Positions 1 through 12,573 of a stretch of DNA of 64,000 bases are shown piece by piece (position 1 is the first letter of the stretch; each line of letters opens with the position of its first letter). Location of the stretch: assembly GCF_006345805.1 (NCBI RefSeq), contig NC_043005.1:57784001-57848000 (forward strand), written 5' to 3'. The stretch is from Octopus sinensis. Lineage: Eukaryota. The notes under the pieces are model-generated. The model was not told the DNA's origin, searched no databases, and saw only the letters and a program-made list of their open reading frames with translations. Both the position numbers and the translations under genes were made by a program.

Positions 1-2064
1 CATACACAAAAGGATGCGCGTAAACGCCATACATACATATACAGACGTATGAATATGAATCTAAATATACACATAAAAGCATGTGTACATATATTCACGC
101 AAACCGTCTCGCACGCAAGCTAAAATTCATCTATGTAGCAATTCTCATATACTGGGCAAGGAGGGGGAACGAAAGAAAGGGAGAGAGAGAAAAAAGAAAC
201 GAAGGAGGGGTGGGGAAAAAAACGAAATAAGCAGTGTAACGATGTTATTGGCATCTATAGAGGCCAATATACATACACAAGTTTGAATGGATACATATAC
301 ATACCGTCGTGTATATGTGTGCTTAAGCACAAACATACTTTCACTTACACATACACAGATACGCATGCTTACAAATACATATGCTTTGCTATACACATAC
401 TTATATAAACATTCTAATTTTGACAACATTGCTTTTTTTAAAAAAACATTGCTTTTAAAAATGGGTGCATTAATAAAAATATACACGAAAGACATAAAAT
501 AAAATATAACTCCTATTTTGGGTCATTATAAATAATCAAGGTAATATAAATAATCAAGGTAATCCTATGCAATACAATAACATGAAAACAAAGTTTGTAG
601 GTTTTTCCTAATATATGTAGAAACATAAGACTTTGCTATACGGATTAAGATCCACGTAGCTTGGAAACAGAATCCAAATTCATCGTAGCGCTCAAGAGTC
701 AAAATCAAAATCAAAATCAAAAATACAAAATATATACTCTATCCATATGGTATATTTATATCGACATTTTAAATTTAGCCGCGTGCCTACATAAGTTCAT
801 TAACTCACTTTTGATTCAAAGAATTATTGTCTTTGATAAGATTACATTTTCTCTAATAAACAAAGTCTGCACTTGAAATTATTTTTGTAAGCTCCATGCC
901 TGTATGGTGCCGCCCTGTCCAGAATGCTCCATGTCACGTTGAAAGGTGGGGCTTCCTTTTCTTTTAGTTCCCAGACATATTTTGCTAGGCTGGTTTTCTT
1001 CCTATTCTCTGGGTATTTAAATGAATTTTTATGAGAATAAAATCTTGTTTTAAATGAATTTTCTGAAGCCCATGTGTAGTCTTGTATTCCGATGAGCCTT
1101 CCACTTGCACCTTGGCTCTATAAACTACTCCTTTCACTAGACATTTCCCTTCTAACGGACAGGAGCTTTCGTTTTTGAAATTACATTTTTAATGGGCTCG
1201 GCACCATGTCTAATCTCAATTATATCTTATTCAAAGACAATAACTCTTTGAATCAAAGAAGTGAGTTAATGAACTTATGTAGGCACGCGGCTAAATTTAA
1301 AATGTCGAATATAAATATACCATATGGATAGAGTATATATTTTGTATTTTTGATTTTGATTTTGATTTTGACTCTTGAGCGCTACGATGAATTTGATTCT
1401 GTTTCCAAGCTACGTGGATCTTACCGTATAGCAAAGTCTTATGTTTCTACATATATTTGGAAAAACCTACAAACTTTGTTTTCATGTTATTGTATTGCAT
1501 AGGATTACTTGATTATTTATATTACCTTGATTATTTATAAATGACCCAAAATAGGATGTTATATTTTATTTTATGTCTTTCGTGTATATTTTTATTAATG
1601 CACCCATTTTTAAAAGCAATGTTTTTTTAAAAAAAGCAATGTTGTCAAAATTAGAATGTTTATATAAGTATGTATAGCAAAGCATATGTATTAAGCATTC
1701 GTATCTGTGTATGTGTAAGTGAAAGTATGTTTGTGCTTAAGCACACATATACACGACGGTATGTATATGTATCCATTCAAACTTGTGTATGTATATTGGC
1801 CTCTATAGATGCCAATAACATCGTTACACTGCTTATTTCGTTTTTTTCCCCACCCCCTCCTTCGTTTCTTTTTTCTCTCTCTCCCTTCTTCTTTCGTTCC
1901 CCCTCCTGCCCAGTATATGAGAATTGCTACATAGATGAATTTTAGCTTGCGTGCGAGACGGTTTGCGTGAATATATGTACACATGCTTTTATGTGTATAT
2001 TTAGATTCATATTCATACGTCTGTATATGTATGTATGGCGTTTACGCGCATCCTTTTGTGTATG
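1..2064 (-). mobile_element. Penelope-like element 3' end with inverted terminal duplication (arms about 1-845 and 1225-2064)
   Basis: Position 1 pairs with 2064 and the arms are near-identical reverse complements; the spacer read on minus encodes a GIY-YIG C-terminus. Confidence 0.85.
755..1190 (-). pseudogene. Penelope-like GIY-YIG endonuclease remnant
   Basis: KCNFKNESSCPLEGKCLVKGVVYRAKVQ...ENSFKTRFYSHKNSFKYPENRKKTSLAKYVWELKEKEAPPFNVTWSILDRAAPY...KCRLCLLEK...SELMNLCRHAAKFK, with frameshifts. Confidence 0.85.
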
Positions 2065-2122
2065 TTGATATATATATGTAGATTTTAATATAAAATGTAT
2101 TGCAGTATTTATAACAGGTTTA

Positions 2123-2166
<44 letters not shown>

Positions 2167-2326
2167 GGTTGTATACTGTCAACATAATGTGACAGTCCCG
2201 TAAGGGAATTACACCATCGCCATTTAGCCCTAGGAAACATCGACGTTTCCTGTCGGCTTTGACACATTTTCTGAGTCCTTATATTTGCAAAGGGGAGGCA
2301 ATCACTCCCGCAAGCCGGGACTAGCA

Positions 2327-2372
2327 CCTGAAGACATATGTTTCTGAGTGTATTGTTCGTCATCAGTCCAGG
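2327..2372 (-). ncRNA. Minimal type I hammerhead ribozyme motif
   Basis: CCTGGA CTGATGA cGAacaatacacTCa GAAA CATATG TC TTCAGG; 6-bp stem I, palindromic stem III, GUC triplet; weak stem II. Confidence 0.6.
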
Positions 2373-2499
2373 GTAGCCAGGCTCGCTCGCTGGAATCTTT
2401 ATTATAGGCACAATGGCCTGAATGAAGAGGGGATATGGGGTACATATAACAAAAATACAGAAAGGATGATATGAAATGAAATATAAATAATGAATTAAA

Positions 2500-3240
2500 T
2501 GAAATGGCTTACGAGCTCCCCAAAGCTCGCAGTTTCACTTACAATTACAGTTTTACTATCTGGGGTGTTCGTCAGTAATGTAAACGAGTAATTCATCTTG
2601 CTCTATAACGCCGGGCAAACTGTCTTATCGAACGTAGTGTGCTATGCACACAGCTGTATTTGAAAACAAATTTATTAATTTATTTACCGTCTCTTTATCC
2701 ACAATTGCAGCCTTTATTTGGTTATCGTATATCCTCGGGTTCAATTTCACTCTCGTTAGATTTTTCCTTATCGCTCATTTTTTTCTCAATTCTTTACCTT
2801 TTTTTGTACAACATTACAGCTCTGAGATTTCTTTCTTTGGGTCTTCCACCTTCTGTGCCATGTTTTCAACCTTTTCCCACTTTTGTTGACCACTTTTCCG
2901 CTCCCTCCAACGTTCGACCTTCACTCAATTCAGTTGTTTTATTTTTTCCTTTCGTGTGTTCGATCCTCTGTCTCGACGGCAGACTTTTTTTTTTTTTTTT
3001 TCTTTTTTTGGTCTTTGGTTGGTGATTCCACCTGTGTTCGCTTTCTATCCTCTATTTCTTCTGTTCTCTCCTTTTCTTTCCCCTTCACTAACTCGTCGCC
3101 ACTTTCCATATTATCCGTTGTCATGATCTCTTCTTCCGCTTGTAGTTCTTCATTCTCTCTTTCTAACTCCGCTGTCAAAGCTTCTATTCCTTCCTCCAGG
3201 GTTATCGTCTTCTCTTGTTGTTCTCTTTGAGGACACACAT
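2500..3240 (-). mobile_element. Degenerate coding-like retroelement remnant (possible LINE ORF1)
   Basis: Glu/Lys-rich coiled-coil ORF 2939-3238 followed by a stop-riddled frame; no diagnostic motif recognised. Confidence 0.3.
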
Positions 3241-3242
3241 AT

Positions 3243-3302
<60 letters not shown>

Positions 3303-3809
3303 GCCAACATCTGTATTTGTCCCCCCTACCGAAAAGGTAATTATTTCTACGCCAGCTGCTATGTTGTTGTTGTTTTTGTCTCATTTGGTCTCTAAAGTCG
3401 TATGACAACCACCGTTATATTATATTTTGTTTAACCGTTACCGTTTTCAATTTCGTTTTCGTCTCTCGTATTTACATCCGTCTCGTGCGTTCACATTCCT
3501 GTCTTCTACCAAGAAATCTATGCTTACAGCTTAGTTTTTTTTCTTGGGGCTGGCCGAGTTGGAGCAAATATCAGAATTGAACAGCCGAAATTTGCTATGA
3601 TGATTCGGTGTCTGACTGAAGATTGAAGGCTTCGAATGATTTGTCTGTGTTCCGTGTTTGTCCCTTCCTGTATTTCACGTTCTTTATATATAAAATATTT
3701 ATCTATATATATATATACATACATACATATATATATATATACATATATGTATGTGCATGTGATGTTCGTGTGTGTGTGCGTGCGTGCGTGTGTGTGTTTA
3801 TGTGTGTAT

Positions 3810-3988
3810 AGGTGTAGGAGTGACTGTGTGGCAAGAATCTTGCTTCTCAACCCCATGGTACCGGGTTCAGTCCCACTGCGTGGCTCCTTGGGCAAGCGTC
3901 TTCTACTATTGCCTCGGCCGACCAAAGCCTTGTGAGTGAATTTGTTAGACGGAAATGAGAGAAACCCGTCATATATATATATATATAC

Positions 3989-4021
<33 letters not shown>

Positions 4022-4275
4022 TGTTTGTATGTATGTATGTATGTATGTATGCATGTATGTATGTATGTATGTATGTATATTTGCGTGTCTGTGTTTGTCG
4101 CCCCACCGTCGCTTGAGGACCGATTTGTTGGGTGTTTACGTCCCCGTAACTTAGCGATTCGGCAAAAGTGACCGATAGAATAAGTACTAGGCTTACAAAG
4201 ATTATGTTTTGGGGTCGATTTGTTCGACTGAAGTGCTTCAGCATGGCCACAATCAAATGACTGAAGAATAAAAGA
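3810..4275 (+). mobile_element. tRNA-derived SINE family C with internal (TACA/TA)n; related copies at about 4870-5030(-), 5575-5730(-), 6232-6580(-), 10690-11065(+), 19923-20335(+), 55845-56118(+)
   Basis: A/B-box-like head (gactgtgtggcaag...gggttcagtcccactg), shared body gtttacgtccccgtaacttagcg...ggggtcgatttg, and tgactgaa...taaaaga tail recur across the window. Confidence 0.85.
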
Positions 4276-4282
4276 ATATATA

Positions 4283-4585
4283 TACTGAGGGTGCCCCCAA
4301 ATTAAGGCAACCAAATTTTCTCAATTTTACCCAAGCAAAATATTATCATATTTCGGATCCAAGCATTACAATGCAATGGTAAATGAAACACAATTATAAC
4401 ACTACCACATTTGTTTGATATGACTACCTCTGCTTCGAATCACGGCCGTAAGTCTAGGTGTGAATGCCTTACACGCGGCACGCAGCTGTTCTTGCGGAAT
4501 TGAAGCCCATTTCTGGCGTAGTTTTACCGCCAGAGCGTCGAGCGAAGTATCTAGAATGCTCGAGAACATCGTCTCCAAAATATTT
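4283..4585 (-). mobile_element. Tc1/mariner-superfamily transposon 3' end
   Basis: SLDALAVKLRQKWASIPQEQLRAACKAFTPRLTAVIRSRGSHIK is a typical Tc1 transposase C-terminus; TIR-like end following TA at 4283. Confidence 0.75.
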
Positions 4586-4611
4586 GCGCGCGCGTGTGTG
4601 TGTGTGTGTTT

Positions 4612-4656
<45 letters not shown>

Positions 4657-4866
4657 CTCAAGGGGGTACCGAAAAGGTTCCTGGCATAAAGGGTGTCGCG
4701 AAAGGCCCAACCTTCTGAGGTCTTTTACACGGCTTAGAAAAACTAAAGGACTGCTGCAATAAGTGTGAGAATCTTTGTGAGGAATATCTTGAATATAATC
4801 ATAATTAGCTGATCCTCCTGTATTTTCTTTTACCCAAAGCCAGGAACTTTTCAGCACCCCCTCGTA
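4657..4866. mobile_element. Mariner-type MITE; second copy, opposite orientation, at about 12947-13166
   Basis: TIRs gggg(t)gctgaaaagttcctggcttt / aaagccaggaacttttcagcacccc with flanking TA; the two copies share internal sequence. Confidence 0.75.
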
Positions 4867-6974
4867 TATATAGCCGACGGGCTTCTTTCAATTTCTCTCT
4901 AAAAAATTCACTCACAAGGCTTTTGTTGACACGCGGCTATAGTAGAAGACACTAGTCCAAGGTACAACATAGTGGGATTCAACTTGGAAATATATAATTT
5001 CAAGACAAACTACTTACCACTCACTCACGAGTGCAACATACAACCAAAATGGAATATTTGACTTCTACTTACTATTTCTTTTTTCTTACATACATACATA
5101 CATACATACATACACACACATACATACATACATATATACATACATACACATACATACATACATACATACATACATACATACATACATACATACATACATA
5201 CATACATACATACATACATACGTACGTACGTAAGTACGTATGTACATATATACATGCATACATGCATACATGCATGCATACACACACACACAAACACACA
5301 TGGACCCCCTTTGGTCGCGAATGACCATGGGACTGCACCTAGAAAGTTACCCTTCGAGGTACAAGTCCAGGCAAGGTGGTTTTTTGGAAGACCACAGCAG
5401 TCGTTCATGCATACCAGCCTATCCTTTCCATACCACCGATGTTATTCCACGGAGAGGCAAAGGCCGATACAGCTTGGCACCAGTGACATCGCAACTCATT
5501 TCTACAGCTGAGTGAACTGAAGTAATGTGAAATAAAGTGTTTTGCGTAGTAATACTACACACAGCTCAGTCGGCAACAGGCTTCTTTCATTTTCCGCTTA
5601 TCAAATACACTAAAAAGGCTTTGATCGGCACGGGTCTGTAGTAGAAGAAGACACTTGTCCATGTTACCAACCACGCAGTGGAATTGAATCTAGAACCAAG
5701 TGGTAGGAAAGCAAACATCGTACCTCACTTCCACATTTGTGCTAACTTGTAGGAACAAAATAGAATCCTAACGTTTTAAGCCACATTATTTATTTGGGAT
5801 ATAAAAATAATTTTCGAAGCCATTTACTGAGATACCTATTTTATTAATACTGGAGTAGTAAATAAAATAAATTATATTTAGGACATCCATCACTGCTGTC
5901 GTCTGCAATTCATACAAAACATTTATTATACGTAAGGGACATAACTTCTTTTGGTACAAGGTACACAACTCTTTTTCTAATACCAAGGGAAATAACTCTT
6001 CTCATTACTATTTGATAAATAATTCTACTGATTTGCGTTAACGTTTCATATAATCTTATCTACGCCATAACGTTCGTTTTACGTAGATAACAAAGAAATG
6101 CATGTCAAATAATGAATCATTTCCGTTTTGTTTCATTCGTTCGCAGTATATAGTTTCAAATATTAAGATCCACACAAAACTTGAGAAAGGACAGTGGAGT
6201 ATGATAGATGAGTGTAATACGGTATATTCTTTTACTTGTTTCAGTTATTAGACTGCAGCCATGCTGGGGCACTGCCTCGAAGAATTTTAGTCAAATGAAT
6301 CGATCCCAGTACTTACATTTTTTTAAAGCCTGGCACGTATTGAATCGGTCGATTTTTTTTTCCAATCCACTAATCTACGGGGACATAAACACACCAAACC
6401 GGATCTTAAGCGGCGGTGACACACACACACAGACGACGGGTTTCTTTCGGTTTCCTCTACTAAATCCATTCACAAGGTTTTGGTCGGCCCGAGGCTATAG
6501 TAGAAGACATTCGTCCAAAGTGCCATGCAGGGGTGCTGAAATCAGCACCGTGCGGTTGGAAAGTCTTCTACTACGACTTAGCCGACAGTAGACGGTCGAG
6601 AAGAAAAGGTCGAGAGTACGTGTAGATAGTGTTGATAGTCGTGTCTGTGCTGATATAGTAATTATACTGTGATACTGAGTGGACGTTATAACGATCCAAC
6701 CTTTCGAGGATAACACTGTACAACTAAGGGGTTGTACAGTGCCATATAGAACCATTTTATCTATGACCTCGGAATATAACAATATCTGTCAAAGCGACAC
6801 CCGTCGTCAAAAGACAGATACAAGAGTGGCAAAAGAACGCTTTACAACAGAAATCAATATATATGTATATATATGTATATATATGCGTGTGAGTGTGTGT
6901 GTACACATACATATATATATATATATATACGTATATATATGTACATGTATGTATATATGTATATATATATATAT

Positions 6975-7200
6975 AGGGGGAAGCTTTATGAAAATAAACA
7001 AAAGACGAAGGCAGGTGGAAAACAAACGAACAATTGTATTAGTATGGCGCTCAGGAAATATAAATAAAACAAGTCTTTAACGTTTCGAGCCTACGCTCTT
7101 CAACAGAAAGATACACAGAGAGAAAAAACACAAAGAAGAAGGAGAGAAAAAAAATGCGTGCAGTAGCTAACGAATCAACATGGCGATCTGATTTCGGCCA
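6975..7200 (-). mobile_element. Short Penelope-like terminal repeat with a variant hammerhead motif (7074-7111); relatives at about 25725-25835, 32690-32905, 48295-48420
   Basis: Shared block aaaagacgaagacaggtgg...gtattagtataacgctcaggaa...gtctttaacgtttcgagcctacgctctt recurs four times. Confidence 0.65.
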
Positions 7201-7963
7201 GAGGTCAAAGATCAAACATGAGACGCGAGAGCGAAATAAGGGGAGATAATAGGGTTGATTAAAGGGTTGAGGGACCAGCTAAAAGTGCGTGGGAGGGGTC
7301 TGGATGTGTGTATGTATAGGGTGGTGTATGTATTAGTATGTATAAGGGTGTGTGTTGTGTGGTGTATGAGAGAGTATTAGTGCGTAGGATGGTCTGGACG
7401 TGCGTATGTATGAGGTTGGTGTATGTATTAGTATGTATTAGTATGTATTAGTACGTATTGGTATGTATAGGTGTGTGTGGTGTGTGAGAGAGTAGTGAGG
7501 AGAAGAGGGGAGGAAGAGGGGGGGAGAGAAGGGGAGGGGAAGAAGAGGGGGAGGAGAAGGGGAAGAGAGAGGATGGGGGAGAAGGAAGGGAAGAGAGGGA
7601 GCAGAGGGAAGGGGAAGAGGGAGGGAGAAAGAGGGAAGAAGGAAGGGGAGTAGGGGTGAAAGGATGAAGGACTGAAGAAGTAGGGGTCGGGGGGAGAAAG
7701 GATAGGTGAGGAGGGGGGAGGGGGTTAGATGAGGAGGGGGGAGAGTTGAGACCAAATGGCGTATAAGAGCGAAGAGAGAAGATTAATTCCTGTTCACGGC
7801 GGCAAACGGGAATCGGATGGCCTCTGTGTAAGGACAAACCGAACACAAGATATACATATATAATGTACATGTATGTATATATATATATATATATATACAT
7901 ATATATATACATATATATAATGTACATGTATGTATATATATATTATATATCTATATATATATT

Positions 7964-8015
<52 letters not shown>

Positions 8016-8382
8016 TACACGTACGTACGTACATAACATACATACGCACGCACACACCACATACGTACGTACGTACATGCACACACATACATACATACAA
8101 TACGATATCGACCAGGCAATCGGGTTGATGTACACTACGCAGTTCCTCACACTGGTGGTGGTTTTTGAATAATGGCACACTCTGAGCTAGGTTGGCAGGC
8201 AGACGTTCCCTCTGAACGGTCAATCAGTCCGTTGCCGGGCTACCCTTTTACAGCTGAATGGACTGGAGCAACATGGAAGAAAGTGTGTTGCTCAAGAACG
8301 CAATGCACAGCTGGTCTGGGAAACGACACCGCCACTTGGCTACTCGCCTATACATACATACATACATACATACATACATACA

Positions 8383-8416
<34 letters not shown>

Positions 8417-8574
8417 CGTACAAACATACATGCATACACACATACACACACACACAGACGCACACACACACACAACCACACATACACATATATACATATT
8501 CGTGTATATATATACACACATCCATCCATCTACCCGTACATACATACATACACACACACACATACACACACACA

Positions 8575-8607
<33 letters not shown>

Positions 8608-8656
8608 GGTGGTACCCAAAAGAAACCGGAATTTTGCAATATCATTTTATTCACTT

Positions 8657-8870
8657 AAGGCGGTAAGCTGGCAGAATCGTTAGCACACTGGACGAAATAC
8701 TTAGCGTTATTTCGCCCGTCGCTACGTTCTGAGTTCAAATTCCGCCGACGTCGACTTAACCGTTTATCCTTTCGGGGGACGATCGATAAAATAAGTACCA
8801 TTTCGACACTGGGATCGATGTAATCGATTCATCCCCACCTTCCCCCAAGCTGCCCTTGTGGCAAAAACGT
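8657..8870 (+). mobile_element. tRNA-derived SINE family A; further copies at about 21330-21710(-), 25383-25617(+), 33918-34155(-), 36140-36362(-), 38760-39008(-), 60720-61010(-), 61490-61697(-), 62278-62482(-)
   Basis: Head aaggcggcgagctggcag.a.cgttagcac..., B-box-like gagttcaaattcc, body gtcgactttgcctttcatcctttcgggg. Confidence 0.9.
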
Positions 8871-8889
8871 GAAATAATTATTTTATTCA

Positions 8890-9430
8890 CTTAGTTTTAC
8901 ATGTTTACACTTTTATCGCCTGCAAAGTATTCTCCATTTGAAACCAATTCATCAGTCCAGACGCGTTTTTTACCTTTCGAAGCAGTCCCAGAACTCTCGC
9001 GAAGTGATGCCTTTTAACGCTTCCGTCGTTTTTTTTCTTCAACTGTTCCACATCTGCAAATTCTGTAGCACCAGCTTTCGTCACCAGTGATGACTTTCGT
9101 AAAAAGGTCCGGATTAATTTCCAACTGTTCTTTCAATTCACGACAGACATTCAGTCGTGACTGCTTTTGATCTTTCGTGAGCAAGGGAGACACAATTTTT
9201 GCTGCAACTTTTTTCATTCACATTTCCTCGCTCAAAATTTGTTGGCAGGAGCTCCAGGACACGCCAGTCATATCAACAAGTTCGTCCAGTGATGGTCCTC
9301 CAAGATAAGTTCACGAATTTTCATAATGTTTTCATTCGTTCAGGAGATCGACGGACGCCCTGAACAAGGTTGCTCTTCAAATGACAAGTAACCATTCCTA
9401 AAGTGTGAAAACTACTCGTAAATTTGTGCT
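8890..9430 (-). mobile_element. Internally deleted mariner transposase remnant
   Basis: MKKVAAKIVSPLLTKDQKQSRLNVCRELKEQLEINPDLFTKVITGDESWCY (mariner TGDE(T/S)W motif) plus a C-terminal SNGEYF-like piece. Confidence 0.85.
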
Positions 9431-9508
9431 TTGTTTCGGCTTTGTTTCCTTTTGCCACTATTGTTGATGTTGTGGTTGTTGTTATTCTTATGTTGTTAAA
9501 ATACTTAC

Positions 9509-9691
9509 CGTTCGGTTCACAAATAACTTAATTGTCACATTCTTGCTTTCTGTTATCGTTGCTATTGCAGCTCTACCATACGACCTTAAAATTACGTGAG
9601 ACGTTTTCGACATCGCCGCCGCTGCTAAATAGAAAAACAGCAGCAAAGCTAGGGTAAAGAATACGATGGCGGGCCACCACGAGGACGCCAT
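9509..9691 (-). CDS. Probable first coding exon of an unidentified signal-peptide/signal-anchor protein
   Basis: ccataATGGCG start; MASSWWPAIVFFTLALLLFFYLAAAAMSKTSHVILRSYGRAAIATITESKNVTIKLFVNRT; ends at ACG|gtaagt (phase 0); locally CpG-rich; two N-x-T sequons. Confidence 0.6.
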
Positions 9692-9774
9692 TATGGTAAC
9701 AGTATTATGGGGTCTGCTGCATATGCCTGTATAGACTTGGAAGTCCGAGACAGGGGCTGCAAACTCAAGGGTTC

Positions 9775-9846
9775 CTCTAGGCGGCACACACAAGAGCTGC
9801 TCTAGGCGGTACACACAAGGGCTGCTCTAGGCGGCACACACTCTAG
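9775..9846. promoter_or_regulatory. About 3 tandem 25-bp units just upstream of the putative ATG at 9691
   Basis: ctctaggcggcacacacaagagctg / ctctaggcggtacacacaagggctg / ctctaggcggcacaca / ctctag; the repeat is certain, a regulatory role is inferred. Confidence 0.4.
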
Positions 9847-10056
9847 TTGCGCCTCTGTAGAAATATACATGACCCTCAGCTGGCGGGCATATATGTATAC
9901 GATTATAACGAAGTCTCTGTTATACATGATTATATATTTAGTGGACTAATTTGTTTTACATACTAAAATTATGAATTCCAATATTGCGATTTTTTTTCCT
10001 TTACAAATCACATTCTGCGCTATATCTCTTCTGTCAGTTTTAAGCCGACCATTAAG

Positions 10057-10568
10057 TACCGTAAATCTTCGAGTATAGTCCGCCCTCGATTATAATACGC
10101 AGGGGATTTTTAGGGGGCTGTTCCTCGGAAAAACCTAAACCTTGTGTATAATACGCACCTCTTCTCTAACGTGAGTCAAGTAGGTCTATATAACGTCCTT
10201 GGTTTGTAAAAATGTATACGGTAACGTCCTTCATTATTATTGTACATATAACATAATGCAAACGTGTAGCTTTTTGTGCATTTTGTTTGCAGAAAATAAA
10301 GAAGAACAGTAATAACAGTAATAACGTTTAATAAATGTTGCTTACTGCAAGTTATGGATGATTCTTTTATGACTTCATTGCTTTCAGGCTTAGCTTAAGG
10401 TATTTTCGCGCCCAACATAAGAAAATGCGTCTGAATAAACATTGCCGGACAGCAAATAGAGACTCGGACATTGCTTAGAAAATAATTTTCATTTTTAATC
10501 TCGTACTAGGGATTTTGACCTTTAAATTTGGGGGGAAAAATGCGGATTATAGTCGAGGATTTACGGTT
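10057..10568. mobile_element. pogo/Tigger-like MITE
   Basis: TIRs taccgtaaatcttcgagtatagtccgc ... gcggattatagtcgaggatttacggt. Confidence 0.65.
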
Positions 10569-10797
10569 TTATAATTCCTTTTACAAATTACTCGCAAGTT
10601 ATCTAAAAGGATATTTAATCAACATTTTACGATACTATGATAATTTTTAAGAGCGCTACAGAGAAAATAATACACAAGAAGATCGCTTTACAACCGAGTG
10701 GTCTCGGGTTCAGTCTCTCTGCGAAAGTACTTTCTACCATAGCTTCAGGCCGGCCAATGTCTAGTGAGCTCTAGACAGAAACTATACAACTGTTTAG

Positions 10798-10853
<56 letters not shown>

Positions 10854-11089
10854 GCGCGCGCGCGTGTGCTTGTAATTTCAACACCACTTGGCAACTTGGT
10901 GTTGGTTTGCTTACGTCCCCGTAACTTAGATGGTTCGGTGAAAGAGTCCGACTGAATAAGTACCGGACTTAGAAAAGATAATTTCTGGGGTCGATTTGTT
11001 CGATTAAACACCGTCAAGACAGTAACCCAACACAACTGCAGTCCAATAACTGAAACTAATAAAGAATGACGGATTACGCTCAACATACG

Positions 11090-11400
11090 TACAAACAGAT
11101 AATCAAAGCATACTTATTAGGATTTAAATATATTTCTACAAATGCATTGTCGGAGCATACCCACAGATGGTTTCAGCACTATTTTGCATATGGTCATGGA
11201 CTGGCTATTCAGTTCACCTCAAATTCAGTTCAAGTACGTGATGTTGATATGCCACAAAAAAATGGCGATGCATCGCCGTCCATTGCCTCTGAATGGGATT
11301 TGGAGTGAGTTGTCTCGCCTGTCTATGACTTCCAGGTATTTTAACATCCGGTGCTTTGAGAGAGTCATCTTCACCACGTCAAATCGCAGCCTACTGGCGA
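11090..11400 (+). mobile_element. Very degenerate Tc1-like transposase fragment
   Basis: VMDWLFSSPQ and GIWSELSR resemble the Tc1 VMDWP..SPDLNPIE..W.EL motif. Confidence 0.35.
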
Positions 11401-11492
11401 ATAAGCACAGCATGTACATTGAGTATATGTGTTAGCTAATGTTTACAGCGCTAGCGCTGCTTCTTATTCATATTTGAATATATATGTATATA

Positions 11493-11540
<48 letters not shown>

Positions 11541-11548
11541 ATATATAT

Positions 11549-12573
11549 GGACAGCTGATGAAGGGGAATTTTCCTTGTGTGTTGTCTTGTACTCTGTTTT
11601 TTCGTTGTTAAAAAAATGGTCCGTTTCCATGTTTGTTTTTACGTTTTTGTTTCTCGTTGAGTTCTACGTCTATTTGTGGTGTCCTGTACTCACGTATATA
11701 TATTTATATATGCATGTATATATACATGTAGATATAGGTACGTACATATATGTATGTATGGATGCATATATTTTATTTATTACACTATTGTATGACTGAG
11801 CGCCCTCGCGTCGTTTCGTTTCGTTTCCTCCAAGTAAGTTTTTATATATAATTATGACGCGAAACTCTATAACCCTTTGCTTGACCTTCCCTTCCTTCCT
11901 TGTCTTCCTCTTTGCCTGTCTCTCTTTTTCACCCTTTCTGGTTTCCTTTCCCCTCTATCTCTCTCTTTCTCTCACTCCTCCTCATCTCTCTCATAGACGG
12001 GCGACCACTTCCTTTCGCTTGCGGCCTCCTAACAGTGAACACGCTTTCTTCCTGCGCTCTTAAAAAATCTTTCCTCGTCTAGGCCAAAAAAGGCCCTCAT
12101 TGTTTGTTTTCTTGTTTGTTTTTATTTCTTGTACTGTATTTTTTGTAATTGTATTTTTATTTTGTATTTTATTTTGTAATTTTATTTGTATCGTTTTTAC
12201 GTCCTGTTTTTGTCACATTTGTTTCTTTCCTTGTTTTTACCCCTCTGCAAAGGAATTTTATTTAATTCTTTCGCAGGAAGGGCTAGTTCGACGAGTCGTG
12301 TTCTGTCCTCACCTTCGAAAGACGCATGGAGTCGTACTAGGGACAGCTGATGAAAGGGAATTTTCTTTGTGTTGTTTGTCTTGTACTCTGTTTTTTTCGT
12401 TGTTAAAAAAAGGTCCGTTTCCATGTTTGTTTTTACGTTTTCGTTTCTCGTTGAGTTCTACGTCTATTTGTGGTGTCCTGTACTCACGTATATATATTTA
12501 TATATGCATGTATATATACATGTAGGTACGTACATATATGTATGTATGGATGTATATATTTTATTTATTACAC

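Noticed and set aside
11549-11590. CTGATGA with GACAG/TTGTC flanks as a hammerhead
   Set aside because: There is no GAAA after stem II in either copy.
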